Part shown: positions 19,109-29,246 of the stretch, piece after piece
Position numbering within the stretch: position 1 is the first letter of the stretch
Layout of the letters: every line of letters begins with the position of its first letter
NCBI GenBank assembly: GCA_051652765.1
Contig: JBOFUV010000152.1
Coordinates: 1 to 56,350, forward strand
Origin: Microcoleaceae cyanobacterium
GTDB lineage: Bacteria > Cyanobacteriota > Cyanobacteriia > Cyanobacteriales > Microcoleaceae
Reading direction: 5' to 3'
DNA: 56,350 bases
The notes under the pieces: model-generated
What the model was told of the DNA's origin: nothing
Databases searched by the model: none
What the model saw: the letters and a program-made list of their open reading frames with translations, nothing else
Translations under genes and position numbers: made by a program

Positions 19109-20533
19109 ATGGCTCAAGAATTAAAAGGTCAATCTACCTTTAGAGCAAGAAATCTTTGGATGTTTGGGCTTACGGGAGTTGGGGCAGTCCTGGTTACAGC
19201 CCTAACGTTTCAACGGGTGTCCCAAACCCTGCAATCCTCCTCTAAAGAAAGTTCAGAGGAGGGTTCTACCCCGCAACTCGTTGCGCCCACTTACATTACG
19301 GCCTTGGGTCGCTTAGAACCCCAGGGCGAAGTGGTTGAACTCTCAGCTCCATCCCTGACTGAGGGGGCCAGAATTGAAGAAATGCTGGTCAAAGAAGGGG
19401 ATCGAATACAGCAAAAGCAAGTGATTGCGATCTTGGATAATCGCGATCGCCTCAAGGCTGAACTAGCCCAAGCCGAGAAAGAAGTTGCGGTTCGGCAAGC
19501 AGAGCTTGCCCAAGTCCAAGCGGGCGCAAAACAGGGCTCCATTGCGGCTCAGTCCGCGACCATTGATCGATTCAAAGCTGAATTAGAAGGTCAAGTGGCT
19601 GCTCAGGAAGCGGAAATTGCCAGTTTAGAAGCCCAACTTCAAGGGGAAAGAGAAGCACAGCTTGCAACGATTGAACGGTTAAAAGCTCAGCTCAAAGGGG
19701 AGCGGGCAGCCCAAGAAGCAACGATTGAACGACTCAAAGCCGAACTAAAAAATGCTGAAACAGAATGTGGGCGTTATAGCAACTTGTATCAGGAAGGAGT
19801 CGTGTCTACATCCGAACAGGATTTGAAATGTTTGACAGCAGAAACGGCTCAGAAACAGTTAGTAGAAGCCGATGCAAATCTAGCGCGCATTATTGCCACT
19901 CAAGATGCTCAAATTAATGAAGCAGAAGTTGTTTTAAATCGCATTATTAGAACCCTGTCAGCCCAAATTCTAGAAGCCCAAGCAATCCTAGATCGAACCA
20001 TTCTAACCTTGCAAAAACAGCAGTTAGAAGCAGAAGCAACTCGTGAAGAAATTGTCGAAGTTCGTCCGACAGATGTGCAAACTGCCCAAGCCAAAGTTGA
20101 ACAGGCGATCGCAGCTCAAGAACGAGCAGAGGCTGACTATAATTTGGCCTTTATCAAATCTCCAATCAATGGGCAAGTGCTAAAAGTTAATACTTATCCA
20201 GGGGAAAGAATTGCTCAGGACGAAGGGATTATAGAGCTAGGGCAAACGGATCAAATGTATGTTGTAGCTGAAGTGTATGAAACAGATATTAGTCGAGTTC
20301 GTCTAGGTCAAGTTGCAACAATTACCAGTGATGCATTTCCAGGAGAACTCAGCGGAAAAGTTGACCAAGTTGGCATGACAATTGGCAAGCAGGATGTTCT
20401 AAACACTGATCCTGCCGCAGATGTTGATGCTCGAGTCGTCGAGGTTAAAATTCAGCTCAATCCTAATGCTAGCCAGCAAGTTTCTGAGTTGACTAATTTA
20501 CAAGTGACAGTCAAGATTCTCCCACAAAAGTGA
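19109..20533 (+). CDS. devB: DevB-family ABC exporter membrane fusion protein
   Basis: N-terminal TM, ITALGRLEPQGEV, long coiled coil, AEVYETDI, DPAADVDARVVEVKI. Confidence 0.9.
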   Translation: MAQELKGQSTFRARNLWMFGLTGVGAVLVTALTFQRVSQTLQSSSKESSEEGSTPQLVAPTYITALGRLEPQGEVVELSAPSLTEGARIEEMLVKEGDRIQQKQVIAILDNRDRLKAELAQAEKEVAVRQAELAQVQAGAKQGSIAAQSATIDRFKAELEGQVAAQEAEIASLEAQLQGEREAQLATIERLKAQLKGERAAQEATIERLKAELKNAETECGRYSNLYQEGVVSTSEQDLKCLTAETAQKQLVEADANLARIIATQDAQINEAEVVLNRIIRTLSAQILEAQAILDRTILTLQKQQLEAEATREEIVEVRPTDVQTAQAKVEQAIAAQERAEADYNLAFIKSPINGQVLKVNTYPGERIAQDEGIIELGQTDQMYVVAEVYETDISRVRLGQVATITSDAFPGELSGKVDQVGMTIGKQDVLNTDPAADVDARVVEVKIQLNPNASQQVSELTNLQVTVKILPQK

Positions 20534-20593
20534 ACTGATAAAAGATAAACATAAAAGATCAAACTATAAACGATCAAAACATAAAAGATCACA

Positions 20594-21748
20594 ATGATTG
20601 GTAAAATTCCCCTCTCTTGGTTACAACTTACTAAAGAAAAGATGCGACTGCTCGTAGCCATTGCGGGTATTGGGTTTGCCGATATCTTGATGTTTATGCA
20701 GTTTGGGTTCAGGGATGCCCTATTTGAAAGTGCAGTGTTACTACATGGTCGATTCCAAGGAGATATTTTCCTAGTCAGTCCTCAATCTAACTCACTGATT
20801 GCGATGAAAACCTTTCCTGATCGGCGACTTTATCAAGCTCTCAGCTTTGATGGAGTTGAATCGATCAACCCGGTTTATATTGGGTTTGGGTTGTGGAAAA
20901 ATCCAGAAACTCAGAAGACTCGTCAGATCATGGTGATTGGATTAGATCCAACCTATCAGGTTTTGGATTTTCCAGAAATTCAAGCGAACCAAGGTCAATT
21001 AAAACTATCTGATGTGATTCTATTTGATGCTGCATCTCGACCCGAATATGGGCCAGTAGCTGAATGGTTTAATCAAGGGAAAACAGTTGAAAGTGAGATT
21101 GAAAATCGTCAGGTAAAAGTCGGTGGATTGTTCACTTTAGGGGTATCTTTTGGTGCAGATGGAAACTTAATTGTTAGTGATTTAAACTTTCTGAGAATTT
21201 TTAATGAGCGACAGAAAGGCTTGATTGATATTGGAGTCATCAAGCTAGAACCCGAGGCAAATATTGAGTCCCTAATTGATAGTATGCAAGCCTATTTACC
21301 GGAAGATGTTTTAGTTTTGTCCAAAGAAGAATTCATCGGAGTTGAACGAAAATATTGGCAGGAAAGTACAGCAATTGGCTTTGTCTTTACCTTGGGAGCA
21401 GCCATGGGGTTTATTGTGGGGATCGTCATTGTTTATCAAATTTTGTACACCGATGTTGCCGATCATTTACCAGAATATGCAACGTTGAAAGCGATGGGAT
21501 ATGCCGATCGCTATTTTCTGGGAGTGGTCTTTCAACAAGCTTTAATTCTAGCGATTATTGGCTATCTTCCCGGTTTAGCTGCTGCAAATGGACTTTATGC
21601 TCTAGCTCGAACAGCAACTGGCCTACCGATGATCATGACTTGGGAGAAAGCAACGACCGTTTTAATTTTAACCATGGTGATGTGCAATGCTTCTGGGGTG
21701 ATCGCCATGCGGAAATTACAAGAAGCCGATCCAGCAGATATTTTTTAG
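20594..21748 (+). CDS. devC: DevC-family ABC exporter permease
   Basis: KIPLSWLQL..RLLVAIAGIGFADILMFMQ, YQILYTDVADHLPEYATLKAMGY, ADPADIF. Confidence 0.92.
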   Translation: MIGKIPLSWLQLTKEKMRLLVAIAGIGFADILMFMQFGFRDALFESAVLLHGRFQGDIFLVSPQSNSLIAMKTFPDRRLYQALSFDGVESINPVYIGFGLWKNPETQKTRQIMVIGLDPTYQVLDFPEIQANQGQLKLSDVILFDAASRPEYGPVAEWFNQGKTVESEIENRQVKVGGLFTLGVSFGADGNLIVSDLNFLRIFNERQKGLIDIGVIKLEPEANIESLIDSMQAYLPEDVLVLSKEEFIGVERKYWQESTAIGFVFTLGAAMGFIVGIVIVYQILYTDVADHLPEYATLKAMGYADRYFLGVVFQQALILAIIGYLPGLAAANGLYALARTATGLPMIMTWEKATTVLILTMVMCNASGVIAMRKLQEADPADIF

Positions 21749-21868
21749 GGTTTATAAGTTTCTAGGGTTTATAAGTTTCTAGAATTTATAAACTCTAGAA
21801 TTTGTAATTTAGACTTGAAAGATTAAGTTAAAAGATTAGGTCGAAAGATTAAGTTAGAAGGTAAAATC

Positions 21869-22621
21869 ATGACTGAATCTATTGTTTCAATCCAACATTT
21901 AAATCATTTCTTCGGCAGTACTCGCCTCCAGAAACAGGTTTTATTTGATATTAACTTAGAACTAAAAGCGGGAGAAATCGTTCTATTAACGGGGCCTTCG
22001 GGCTGTGGCAAAACAACTTTACTAACGTTAATGGGGGCTCTACGGGAGGTTCAGAATTCTCGTGAAAATGTCCAAGCTGATGCCAGTTTGACCATTCTTG
22101 GTCAAGAACTGCGCGGGGCAAGTCGCAAGCAACTGGTTGAAGTTCGTCGCCACATTGGCTACATTTTCCAAGCCCATAACTTGCTGAATTGTCTAACTGC
22201 TCGACAAAATGTTCAGATGTCCATGGAGCTTCACCCGCAAATTTCCCGAACAGAAACTGATGCAAAAGTGACGGAAATTCTTGAAGCTGTTGGGCTAGAA
22301 GATCGAATCGATTACTATCCTGAAAATCTTTCCGGCGGTCAAAAACAACGGGTAGCGATCGCTCGAGCATTGGTCAGTCATCCCACATTGGTTTTAGCTG
22401 ATGAACCAACTGCGGCTCTGGATAGTAAATCGGGTCGAGATGTGGTAGAAATTATGCAACATTTAGCCAAGAATCAGGGCAGTACAATTCTGTTGGTCAC
22501 CCATGATCATCGAATCCTAGATATTGCCGACCGCATTATTAAAATGGAAGATGGTCACTTAATTCAAGATCAGCCTCAATTTTCAGAACCCTTAGTCTCA
22601 CCCGCAACAGCTTCAGTTTGA
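21869..22621 (+). CDS. devA: DevA-family ABC transporter ATPase
   Basis: GPSGCGKTT, LSGGQKQR, LADEPT, VTHD. Confidence 0.92.
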   Translation: MTESIVSIQHLNHFFGSTRLQKQVLFDINLELKAGEIVLLTGPSGCGKTTLLTLMGALREVQNSRENVQADASLTILGQELRGASRKQLVEVRRHIGYIFQAHNLLNCLTARQNVQMSMELHPQISRTETDAKVTEILEAVGLEDRIDYYPENLSGGQKQRVAIARALVSHPTLVLADEPTAALDSKSGRDVVEIMQHLAKNQGSTILLVTHDHRILDIADRIIKMEDGHLIQDQPQFSEPLVSPATASV

Positions 22622-22659
22622 AGCCATCGCAACTGCCACAACCCCACTCTTATAACCCA

Positions 22660-23853
22660 CTAGGTTTTTTCCTCCACATCAGGGGGAGAATTGGGTTCAG
22701 AGTAGAAAGACTCATTTAACCTTGAAGGATGGATGTCAGACGGGATAGCCTTGGAACTGATGCCCTCAACTGCCAACTGCTCGGAACCTAAGGTTGCGGA
22801 ATCAGCTAAGGATAAGGCGGGTTTCTGGTGCCATTGGTCTAGCACATCCTCCATCAAAGCACTTTCAACCCAAGTTTTCATCACAACGGCTAAAGGCAAT
22901 GCCAAAACCAGACCCAAAAACCCAAAAAATCGGGCAAAAAAGAGTTGGGCAATCAGGGTAGCAGCAGGAAGGAGCGAGACCTGTTTTTGCATCACCATCG
23001 GACTGAACCAATAACTCTCAAGATTTTGAATTATAACATAGGCTATCAGCACCCCTAAGGCTTTCCAGGGGGTGTCGAGTAAGGCAACTGAGATGGGAAA
23101 CACCGCACTCACAGTTGGGCCAAGGTTTGGAATAAAATTAAATACTCCGGCCAGTAAAGCATGGGCAAAAACAAAGGGAACTTTGAGTATTATCAAACTA
23201 ATCGCGCTCAAAGTGGAAACAAACAAAGAGTCAATGACAATCCCTCCCATCCATTGCAACAGCGACACCTCACACCTAGAGAAAATTTCGTCAGCTCGAC
23301 GTCGATAAAACGAAGGGAACAACCGCACGACGAGCTTTCGATAGGACAGGGGATTTCCCAGGAACATCAAGGTCAAAACCAATACCAACAGAAACTGCAG
23401 TAAGTTGGCAACGGAATTGGAGAAAAAGGCAAAGAAATTTCCCAGTACATTCTGGGCCAAGGGGCCAACCTGCCGAGTAATTTCAGGAATACTGGGGAGT
23501 TTCAACTCTAAATCCGGTAGCCAACCGGGAGGATCATTCAAGCTCCGATCAGCCCAGCGGACAAATTGCTCAAAGCCCACGGGAACCAACTTAATCAGTT
23601 GCTCAAACTGATCTAGGAATGGGGGGAGCACAATTCTCATCACTAAAGCGCCCATTAAGAGCACAATCATCAGGGTCAACCCCACAGCTTGACCCCGCTG
23701 CAATCCAGAACGCAAAAATCGCCTAACCAAACTGTTGAGGGCGATCGCCAGAATCACAGCAGTAAAAACCAACAATAAAATCTGTCTAAACTGCCACAAA
23801 ATAACCAAGGCAATCAGCAAACACAAAAAACCAACCCAGTCCGCAAGTTTCAC
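22660..23853 (-). CDS. AI-2E family transporter
   Basis: Multi-TM protein with FNFIPNLGP, IQNLESY..SPMVM, GLVLALPL motifs. Confidence 0.9.
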   Translation of the reverse strand: MKLADWVGFLCLLIALVILWQFRQILLLVFTAVILAIALNSLVRRFLRSGLQRGQAVGLTLMIVLLMGALVMRIVLPPFLDQFEQLIKLVPVGFEQFVRWADRSLNDPPGWLPDLELKLPSIPEITRQVGPLAQNVLGNFFAFFSNSVANLLQFLLVLVLTLMFLGNPLSYRKLVVRLFPSFYRRRADEIFSRCEVSLLQWMGGIVIDSLFVSTLSAISLIILKVPFVFAHALLAGVFNFIPNLGPTVSAVFPISVALLDTPWKALGVLIAYVIIQNLESYWFSPMVMQKQVSLLPAATLIAQLFFARFFGFLGLVLALPLAVVMKTWVESALMEDVLDQWHQKPALSLADSATLGSEQLAVEGISSKAIPSDIHPSRLNESFYSEPNSPPDVEEKT

Positions 23854-23864
23854 AAAGCAAACTC

Positions 23865-24353
23865 CTAGTCGCTTGTTGGTAAAAGGGAACTCTGAATTAA
23901 GGTACGGTTGAACTCAATCAACGCCCGTTGTTCAGGCCAGAAAAACGGCGGCAGTTCATCAATAGAAAACCAGTGAAGTTGGTAAGGCTTGTAAGGATCA
24001 GTGGGTTGGCCATCCACTTGTTCAGTCGTGAATAAGAAGTAGTAAATTTTCTTCCAGGCTGTTTTCTTCAGGCTCAACCGTTCTCGAACCCCCAAGTCAG
24101 CAACCAGGTGCAAGTCTGATAACCCGGCTTCTTCCTCAATTTCTCGACGAGCCGCCTGTTCAATCGTTTCCCCTGGATCAACATGGCCCTTAGGAAGAAC
24201 AAAGCCAAAACGGTCTGGGCCTTCCTCAATTAAGGCAATATAAGCCTTTCCACCTTCCCAACGAATCACAATACCCCCGGCTGAAACCTCAGTCGGCAAA
24301 TGCTGTTGTGAAGACGGATACCAACTGTTGTCAATGATGAACTGACCCATCAC
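23865..24353 (-). CDS. NUDIX hydrolase
   Basis: Nudix box GHVDPGETIEQAARREIEEEAG. Confidence 0.92.
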   Translation of the reverse strand: MMGQFIIDNSWYPSSQQHLPTEVSAGGIVIRWEGGKAYIALIEEGPDRFGFVLPKGHVDPGETIEQAARREIEEEAGLSDLHLVADLGVRERLSLKKTAWKKIYYFLFTTEQVDGQPTDPYKPYQLHWFSIDELPPFFWPEQRALIEFNRTLIQSSLLPTSD

Positions 24354-24432
24354 ATACTTACCCTATGATTTAGCCTTGGTGGCTTAACGATCTGTCTCCC
24401 TCTAAGGTTTTGAGGTTGACTATTAAGATTGA

Positions 24433-24639
24433 CTATTGAGGTTGACACTTGCCAGCCCGAATCAATCCAATCCGACGGGCGATCGCCTCATCCCGCGAGA
24501 CAAAAGGCCCCCACTGTTTAACCAGAGCTTCCTCTGAACCCGAAAGCTCAAACAGTCTAGTCCCTCGATCAGGCAAAAGCTGCTCAGAGGAAACCACTTT
24601 ACAGTGCCCCTCAGGCTGCCTCACAATGTAGAACTGCAT
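24433..24639 (-). CDS. Small hypothetical protein (68 aa)
   Basis: Co-oriented with neighbours. The C-terminus WGPF.SR.EAIARRIGLIRAGKCQP resembles a conserved small cyanobacterial protein. Confidence 0.7.
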   Translation of the reverse strand: MQFYIVRQPEGHCKVVSSEQLLPDRGTRLFELSGSEEALVKQWGPFVSRDEAIARRIGLIRAGKCQPQ

Positions 24640-24713
24640 AAAGCTGCATAAAACTGCAATGAAGCTAAATTGGCCACTGAATGAATCTCCTCATGAACCT
24701 TAAAGACATTACA

Positions 24714-25136
24714 TTATCGACGAGGAAGGGGAGTTGGCCGCCCAGGGTTAATGTAGGAAGGCTGAGACAAGATAGACGTGTTGTAGGGATTGATCAAATC
24801 AGGGGTACGGATGAAGGGATCGCTGACAGTCTGCTTTAACATCGCCTCCCGGTAAAGTGAGTTTACGGAATGAGAATCGTCAGCAATGTTCGATTCTGGA
24901 AACGCATTAATGTTGCTGGGCCAAGGAATACCAATCCCAAAAATTGTGGTCACTTGCCCAAAAATCGACTGGGCTTTAAAGGTATCGCCAGAAGTCCGAG
25001 TCGCGGCATTCATAAATTCCTCCGCGAACGGTTGAAAATTGGTTTCATCCGCCAAAGTATGAGGCGCGACAGTGAACAGGGTAGAGGCTCCTATCACGGC
25101 TAACCCATGACTGATCAGTTGAGAGAGCTTAGTCAT
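24714..25136 (-). CDS. Exported hypothetical protein
   Basis: Signal-like N-terminus. ATG 25136 follows GAGGA. FPES.IA.D..V..LY...Q..SDP.IRTPDL.NPY.TS motif. Confidence 0.7.
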   Translation of the reverse strand: MTKLSQLISHGLAVIGASTLFTVAPHTLADETNFQPFAEEFMNAATRTSGDTFKAQSIFGQVTTIFGIGIPWPSNINAFPESNIADDSHSVNSLYREAMLKQTVSDPFIRTPDLINPYNTSILSQPSYINPGRPTPLPRR

Positions 25137-25255
25137 TTCACAAATCCTCACTACAAATCCTTATGATAACTATGGGATTAATCCTAACTTGCTTTCTAGA
25201 TATGCTACAGGAAAGCTTAGCAGAGTATTACTGAAATCAGCAGAACAATTTTCTT

Positions 25256-25879
25256 ATGGATCAACTCCAACTTTCTCTTGTCCCAAACCTGGAACTTGCT
25301 ACCGTTGACAAGGAAGTATTGCGTCAGTGGTTATTGGATTTGCTGTGCCAGCTCGCCTATCGAGCAGGAGATTTTGTCTTGTCTTCTGGTCAGAAGAGTT
25401 CTTACTATGTTAATTGCAAGCCGGTAACTCTGCATCCCCAAGGGGCGTTAGCCATTGGTCGTTTACTTTGCAACTTGCTTCCTCCCGGCACTCAAGCTGT
25501 TGCTGGATTGACCCTAGGGGCTGACCCGATTGTGACTGCCGTGAGCGTTGTGTCTGCCTATGAAAATCGCCCAGTATTTGGCTTGATTATTCGCAAAGAG
25601 GCCAAGGGTCACGGTACCCAAGCCTACATTGAGGGGCCAGACTTACCCCCAGGCACCTCAGTTGTTGTGCTGGAAGATGTAGTCACGACTGGACAGTCAG
25701 CCTTGACAGCGGTCACACGATTACAAACAGCGGGCTATCCAGTCCAACAGGTGATTGCCTTAGTGGATCGACAGCAAGGGGGGGAGCAACTCTATCAAGC
25801 AGCAGGATTGCAGTTTCAAGCGCTTTACACCATTGAAGATCTGCGAGTTCGCAACCAAGAATTGAAGGTTAGAGATTAA
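25256..25879 (+). CDS. pyrE: Orotate phosphoribosyltransferase
   Basis: GDFVLSSGQKSSYY, RKEAKGHG, VLEDVVTTG PRPP motif. Confidence 0.96.
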   Translation: MDQLQLSLVPNLELATVDKEVLRQWLLDLLCQLAYRAGDFVLSSGQKSSYYVNCKPVTLHPQGALAIGRLLCNLLPPGTQAVAGLTLGADPIVTAVSVVSAYENRPVFGLIIRKEAKGHGTQAYIEGPDLPPGTSVVVLEDVVTTGQSALTAVTRLQTAGYPVQQVIALVDRQQGGEQLYQAAGLQFQALYTIEDLRVRNQELKVRD

Positions 25880-25883
25880 AAGG

Positions 25884-27158
25884 TTAGAAAGAGAGGAAAT
25901 CAAATAGATAGTGGGCAAGCTGAAGTTTGCTACATTGGCTGATTTCCTGCCTTCGACCCTGGGCATTGAGTAAAACAGCTTGATTGGTCTCACTGCCAAA
26001 TCCTGATTGGAGGTGATCAATCGGATTGGCAACAATAGCATCGAGCTGTTTATCGTGAAGTTTTTGCAGGGCAGGAGTCACAATGTCTCCCGTTTGAGCG
26101 GCAAAACCAACTAACGTTTGGTGGGACTGCTTTAACTTGCCCAACTCCGCCACAATATCCGGTACAGGTTCCAATGCCAGGGCAGTAGGGAGCGATCGCT
26201 TGGGCAGCTTTTCTGAATGGAGTTCCTGGGGTCGCACGTCGGCAACGGCTGCTGCCATTATAATCACGTCAGCTTGGGGAAAATAACTGAGTATCGCTTG
26301 GTGCATCTGGGCTGCACTTGTTATCTTAATACAGTTAACTTGGGGCAGGTTTTTTATTCGTTCTAGGTTCATGGGCGCGTGAACCAACGTGACAGTGGCT
26401 CCCCGATGTAGCGCAGCTTCCACCAAGGCCAAACCCATTTTTCCGGTAGAAGGATTGCCAATAAATCGGACAGGATCAAAATGTTCTCGGGTTCCTCCGG
26501 CGCTGATCAAAACCTGTATCCCCGTTAAATCCTGTTGGCCCTGGGTATGGAGCAAGGAGAGTATCTGGGTTAGAATTTGCTCCGGTTCGACCATGCGTCC
26601 GGCTCCTTCTGAAAGATTGCTAGACTCCTGAGGTAAATCACAGGCCAACAGTCCTGAAACAGGAGCTATCCCCTGAAACCGAGGATCAGTTAAAACCTGT
26701 TGCCAGTTGCGCTGAACAGCAACCTGTTTCCACATATTCCGATTCATCGCTGGGGCCAACAGCACCGGACAAGTCGAGGCTAAAACCGTATTGGTTAAAA
26801 GATTATCAGCAGCTCCAGAGGTTAACGCGGCCAAGGTATTCGCCGTTAACGGGGCAATCACAAAAATCTCTGCCCACTCTCCGAGCTGAATATGGAGGGG
26901 ACGGCCATGGGTGGGCTGCCAAAAGTCTTGGTCTATGAACGCTGGCTGGCGGGAGAGGGTTGCAAAGGTGAGAGCCGTCACAAACTGCTGGGCTGATTCT
27001 GTGAGAACAACTCTAACGTCAGCCCCTGCTTTTGTCAGGGTTGAAACAAGTTCACAGATCTTGTAGGCTGCAATGCCTCCGCTAACCCCCACCAAAATTC
27101 GTCTCCCCAGAAATGAAGACAAATCTGGGGACAAATCTGGAGACAAATTGCCTTGCAT
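25884..27158 (-). CDS. coaBC: Phosphopantothenoylcysteine decarboxylase/ligase
   Basis: [50 protein letters not shown]. Confidence 0.96.
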   Translation of the reverse strand: MQGNLSPDLSPDLSSFLGRRILVGVSGGIAAYKICELVSTLTKAGADVRVVLTESAQQFVTALTFATLSRQPAFIDQDFWQPTHGRPLHIQLGEWAEIFVIAPLTANTLAALTSGAADNLLTNTVLASTCPVLLAPAMNRNMWKQVAVQRNWQQVLTDPRFQGIAPVSGLLACDLPQESSNLSEGAGRMVEPEQILTQILSLLHTQGQQDLTGIQVLISAGGTREHFDPVRFIGNPSTGKMGLALVEAALHRGATVTLVHAPMNLERIKNLPQVNCIKITSAAQMHQAILSYFPQADVIIMAAAVADVRPQELHSEKLPKRSLPTALALEPVPDIVAELGKLKQSHQTLVGFAAQTGDIVTPALQKLHDKQLDAIVANPIDHLQSGFGSETNQAVLLNAQGRRQEISQCSKLQLAHYLFDFLSF

Positions 27159-27165
27159 GACGAGA

Positions 27166-27378
27166 TCACGCCTCGTCGTAAGATTCGATATCTAGTAAAT
27201 AAAGATAAGACTCTACAAGTTCTGGACGTTGAAACGCGATCGCCCGCAACAAATGCCAGTCTTGCAGCCCTTCAAAGGGATTGGTGTATTCATCCTGCTC
27301 AAGACGCTTCGCGAGTTGAGTAATCTCAGCCTCAGTCAGGTTAGAAATATTGGATGAAGAAAGAGTGACCGTTTCCAT
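27166..27378 (-). CDS. DUF2555-like small cyanobacterial protein
   Basis: [40 protein letters not shown], in its usual position next to coaBC. Confidence 0.8.
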   Translation of the reverse strand: METVTLSSSNISNLTEAEITQLAKRLEQDEYTNPFEGLQDWHLLRAIAFQRPELVESYLYLLDIESYDEA

Positions 27379-27423
27379 CGTTAGCAATTCCCTTCAGTCT
27401 GAAAATACTGGTCATTTAAGGTT

Positions 27424-27531
27424 TACAGCAGTTTTTAAGTCAGTGAGAGACATCTCAGCCACTCAAGTCCCCCTGATAAAGGGAAATTCATGGGGATCGC
27501 TCCAGATCACATCTGAATAAAAACGGCTGCA
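27424..27531. mobile_element. MITE-like element, family B
   Basis: Terminal inverted repeats TACAGCAGTTTTTA / TAAAAACGGCTGCA. The internal GTCCCCCTGATAAAGGG..GGGGATC hairpin motif also occurs near 5529-5557 and 41863-41887. Confidence 0.55.
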
Positions 27532-27563
27532 TTTATAGGACTCCCCACTTCTATAGTAGGGTT

Positions 27564-28187
27564 TCAATTTACTTTCGACAGGGTTTCCATCATAAAACTT
27601 CGCATCAACTGCCAGACCGCTGGAGGAATTTCATGTCCCATATCGAGTTCGTGATACTGGACAGGGGCTCCCAACTGTTGAAAATAATCCCTGGCCTGCC
27701 GAGCCAATTCCAAGGGAACGACCATGTCCCGCCGACCATGAACAATCAACACCGGGGTAGAGTAGCTTTCCCTAGGCTCTGGTGAAAAGTGGAGATAACC
27801 GCTGAGAGACATCAACCCAGCGAAGGGTAAAGTGCGCCCTACGTCTAGTGTCATGGCTCCCCCTTGGGAAAATCCGCCCAAAATCGTTCGAGACAAAGGA
27901 ATTCCTGTATGACCTTCCAAGGCCGCTAGCCAGTGCTGTAAGCCTTGGCGACTGTCTGCCAAACCCTCGTGCTCTATTGTTTCCAAGGCATACCAGGCCC
28001 GTCCTTCAGGAACTTGGCCATGGGGAAAAGGAGCATTTGGAAAAATGAACTGGCACTCGGGCAAGTCCAAAACGGGGGCTAGGGTTGCCAGATCTGCGGC
28101 ACTGGCTCCCCAACCGTGCATTAAAACAACTAATCCCTGGGGAGATTTACCGTCTTTGGGCGTAACTGTAATTGCGTTAAATTCCAT
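27564..28187 (-). CDS. Alpha/beta hydrolase (phospholipase/carboxylesterase)
   Basis: HGWG, GFSQG nucleophile elbow, HG..D.VV, GHEI. Start set at ATG 28187. Confidence 0.9.
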   Translation of the reverse strand: MEFNAITVTPKDGKSPQGLVVLMHGWGASAADLATLAPVLDLPECQFIFPNAPFPHGQVPEGRAWYALETIEHEGLADSRQGLQHWLAALEGHTGIPLSRTILGGFSQGGAMTLDVGRTLPFAGLMSLSGYLHFSPEPRESYSTPVLIVHGRRDMVVPLELARQARDYFQQLGAPVQYHELDMGHEIPPAVWQLMRSFMMETLSKVN

Positions 28188-28287
28188 GGTGAAGTTGAAT
28201 CGCGGACACTTGCATAGGTTTGCTCGCAACAAAAAAAGCTATACTTTGCTGCTATACAGCAATTTTGCCTCATTGCATGGATATTGC

Positions 28288-28857
28288 ATGGAAAACTTGC
28301 CGATTGCTGATGATGCGCTGCTGCTAGCCAAAATTGCCAACGGGGATCATGGGGCGCTTTCCCAACTCTATGACCGCTACGCCAAGATTATTTATGCAGT
28401 TGCGTTCAGAAGTTTGAGGTCAGTGGAAGACAGTGAAGAAGTAGTCCTGGATGTATTTTCTCAGATTTGGCGAATTGCCAGTCGCTATGATGTTAAGAAA
28501 GGGAAAGCGGAAACCTGGTTGTTTACTTTGGCCCGGAGCCGAATCCTAGACCGACTCCGGAAGCTGAAACGAATACATCCTGAAAACCAGGTTTCCATAG
28601 ATGCAATGCTCATTCAACTTGAAGCCAATTCTTCTGACCCGGTTGAAGAAGTCTGGCTTTCAGAACGTCGCAGTCGAGTCTTGGCGGCGATTCAAACTCT
28701 CCCGAAGGAACAACGGTTGGTGATTGAACTGGCCTACTACCAAGGACTAACCCAGAGCCAAATTGCCGCCCAAACTGGACTTGCTTTGGGCACAGTGAAA
28801 ACTCGCATTCGCCTGGGTCTGAATAAGCTCAAGTCTGCCCTTGGCTCCTACGATTAA
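28288..28857 (+). CDS. ECF (group 4) RNA polymerase sigma factor, SigK/RpoE-like
   Basis: Region 2 (ALSQLYDRY..DSEEVVLDVF..WLFTLARSRILDRLRK) and region 4 (LAYYQGLTQSQIA..LGTVKTRIRLGL). Start set at ATG 28288. Confidence 0.92.
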   Translation: MENLPIADDALLLAKIANGDHGALSQLYDRYAKIIYAVAFRSLRSVEDSEEVVLDVFSQIWRIASRYDVKKGKAETWLFTLARSRILDRLRKLKRIHPENQVSIDAMLIQLEANSSDPVEEVWLSERRSRVLAAIQTLPKEQRLVIELAYYQGLTQSQIAAQTGLALGTVKTRIRLGLNKLKSALGSYD

Positions 28858-28933
28858 GACTGGAATAAAGCATTGAGACGACCTGTAGCAGCGGGACAGA
28901 GGCAACCAAAATGAACTATAAACCCTCTTGATG

Positions 28934-28960
28934 AATCCAAACGCTGATTTTCAGCGTTAT
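28934..28960 (+). promoter_or_regulatory. Putative ECF promoter 1
   Basis: AATCC-N16-CGTTAT, same spacing as the copies at 29992 and 30286. Confidence 0.5.
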
Positions 28961-28982
28961 CTAGAGATATGGGAGAGCAACA

Positions 28983-29099
28983 ATGGGTGAATTTATTACA
29001 CCCAGTCCTGACCCATTCAAGTCATATCTATTCAAGTCATACCAATTCAAAGAGAGAACGCTACAACTCTCTGCATTAATCTCCCTCAGCATTCCTTAA
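28983..29099 (+). pseudogene. 38-aa ORF, possibly a decayed anti-sigma N-terminus
   Basis: GGAGAG RBS then MGEFITPSPDPFKSYLFKSYQFKERTLQLSALISLSIP*. The tail resembles KRSELAALAALDAL of the downstream anti-sigma factor. Confidence 0.3.
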
Positions 29100-29246
29100 T
29101 TAAAGAGATGCTGAAGGTAGAAAGATTCAGATCTGTGGCCTGTACGAATTGATATTACAAGTTCTTAAGGAAGGTGATATGCCGTATTATTCAAGCGGAA
29201 TTCATTCGACAAGGTTAGAATTTATTACTAGGTTAAGAAAAGTTTC

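Noticed and set aside
28045..28287. 81-aa N-terminal extension of the ECF sigma
   Set aside because: It overlaps the divergent esterase gene. ATG 28288 gives a normal 189-aa ECF.
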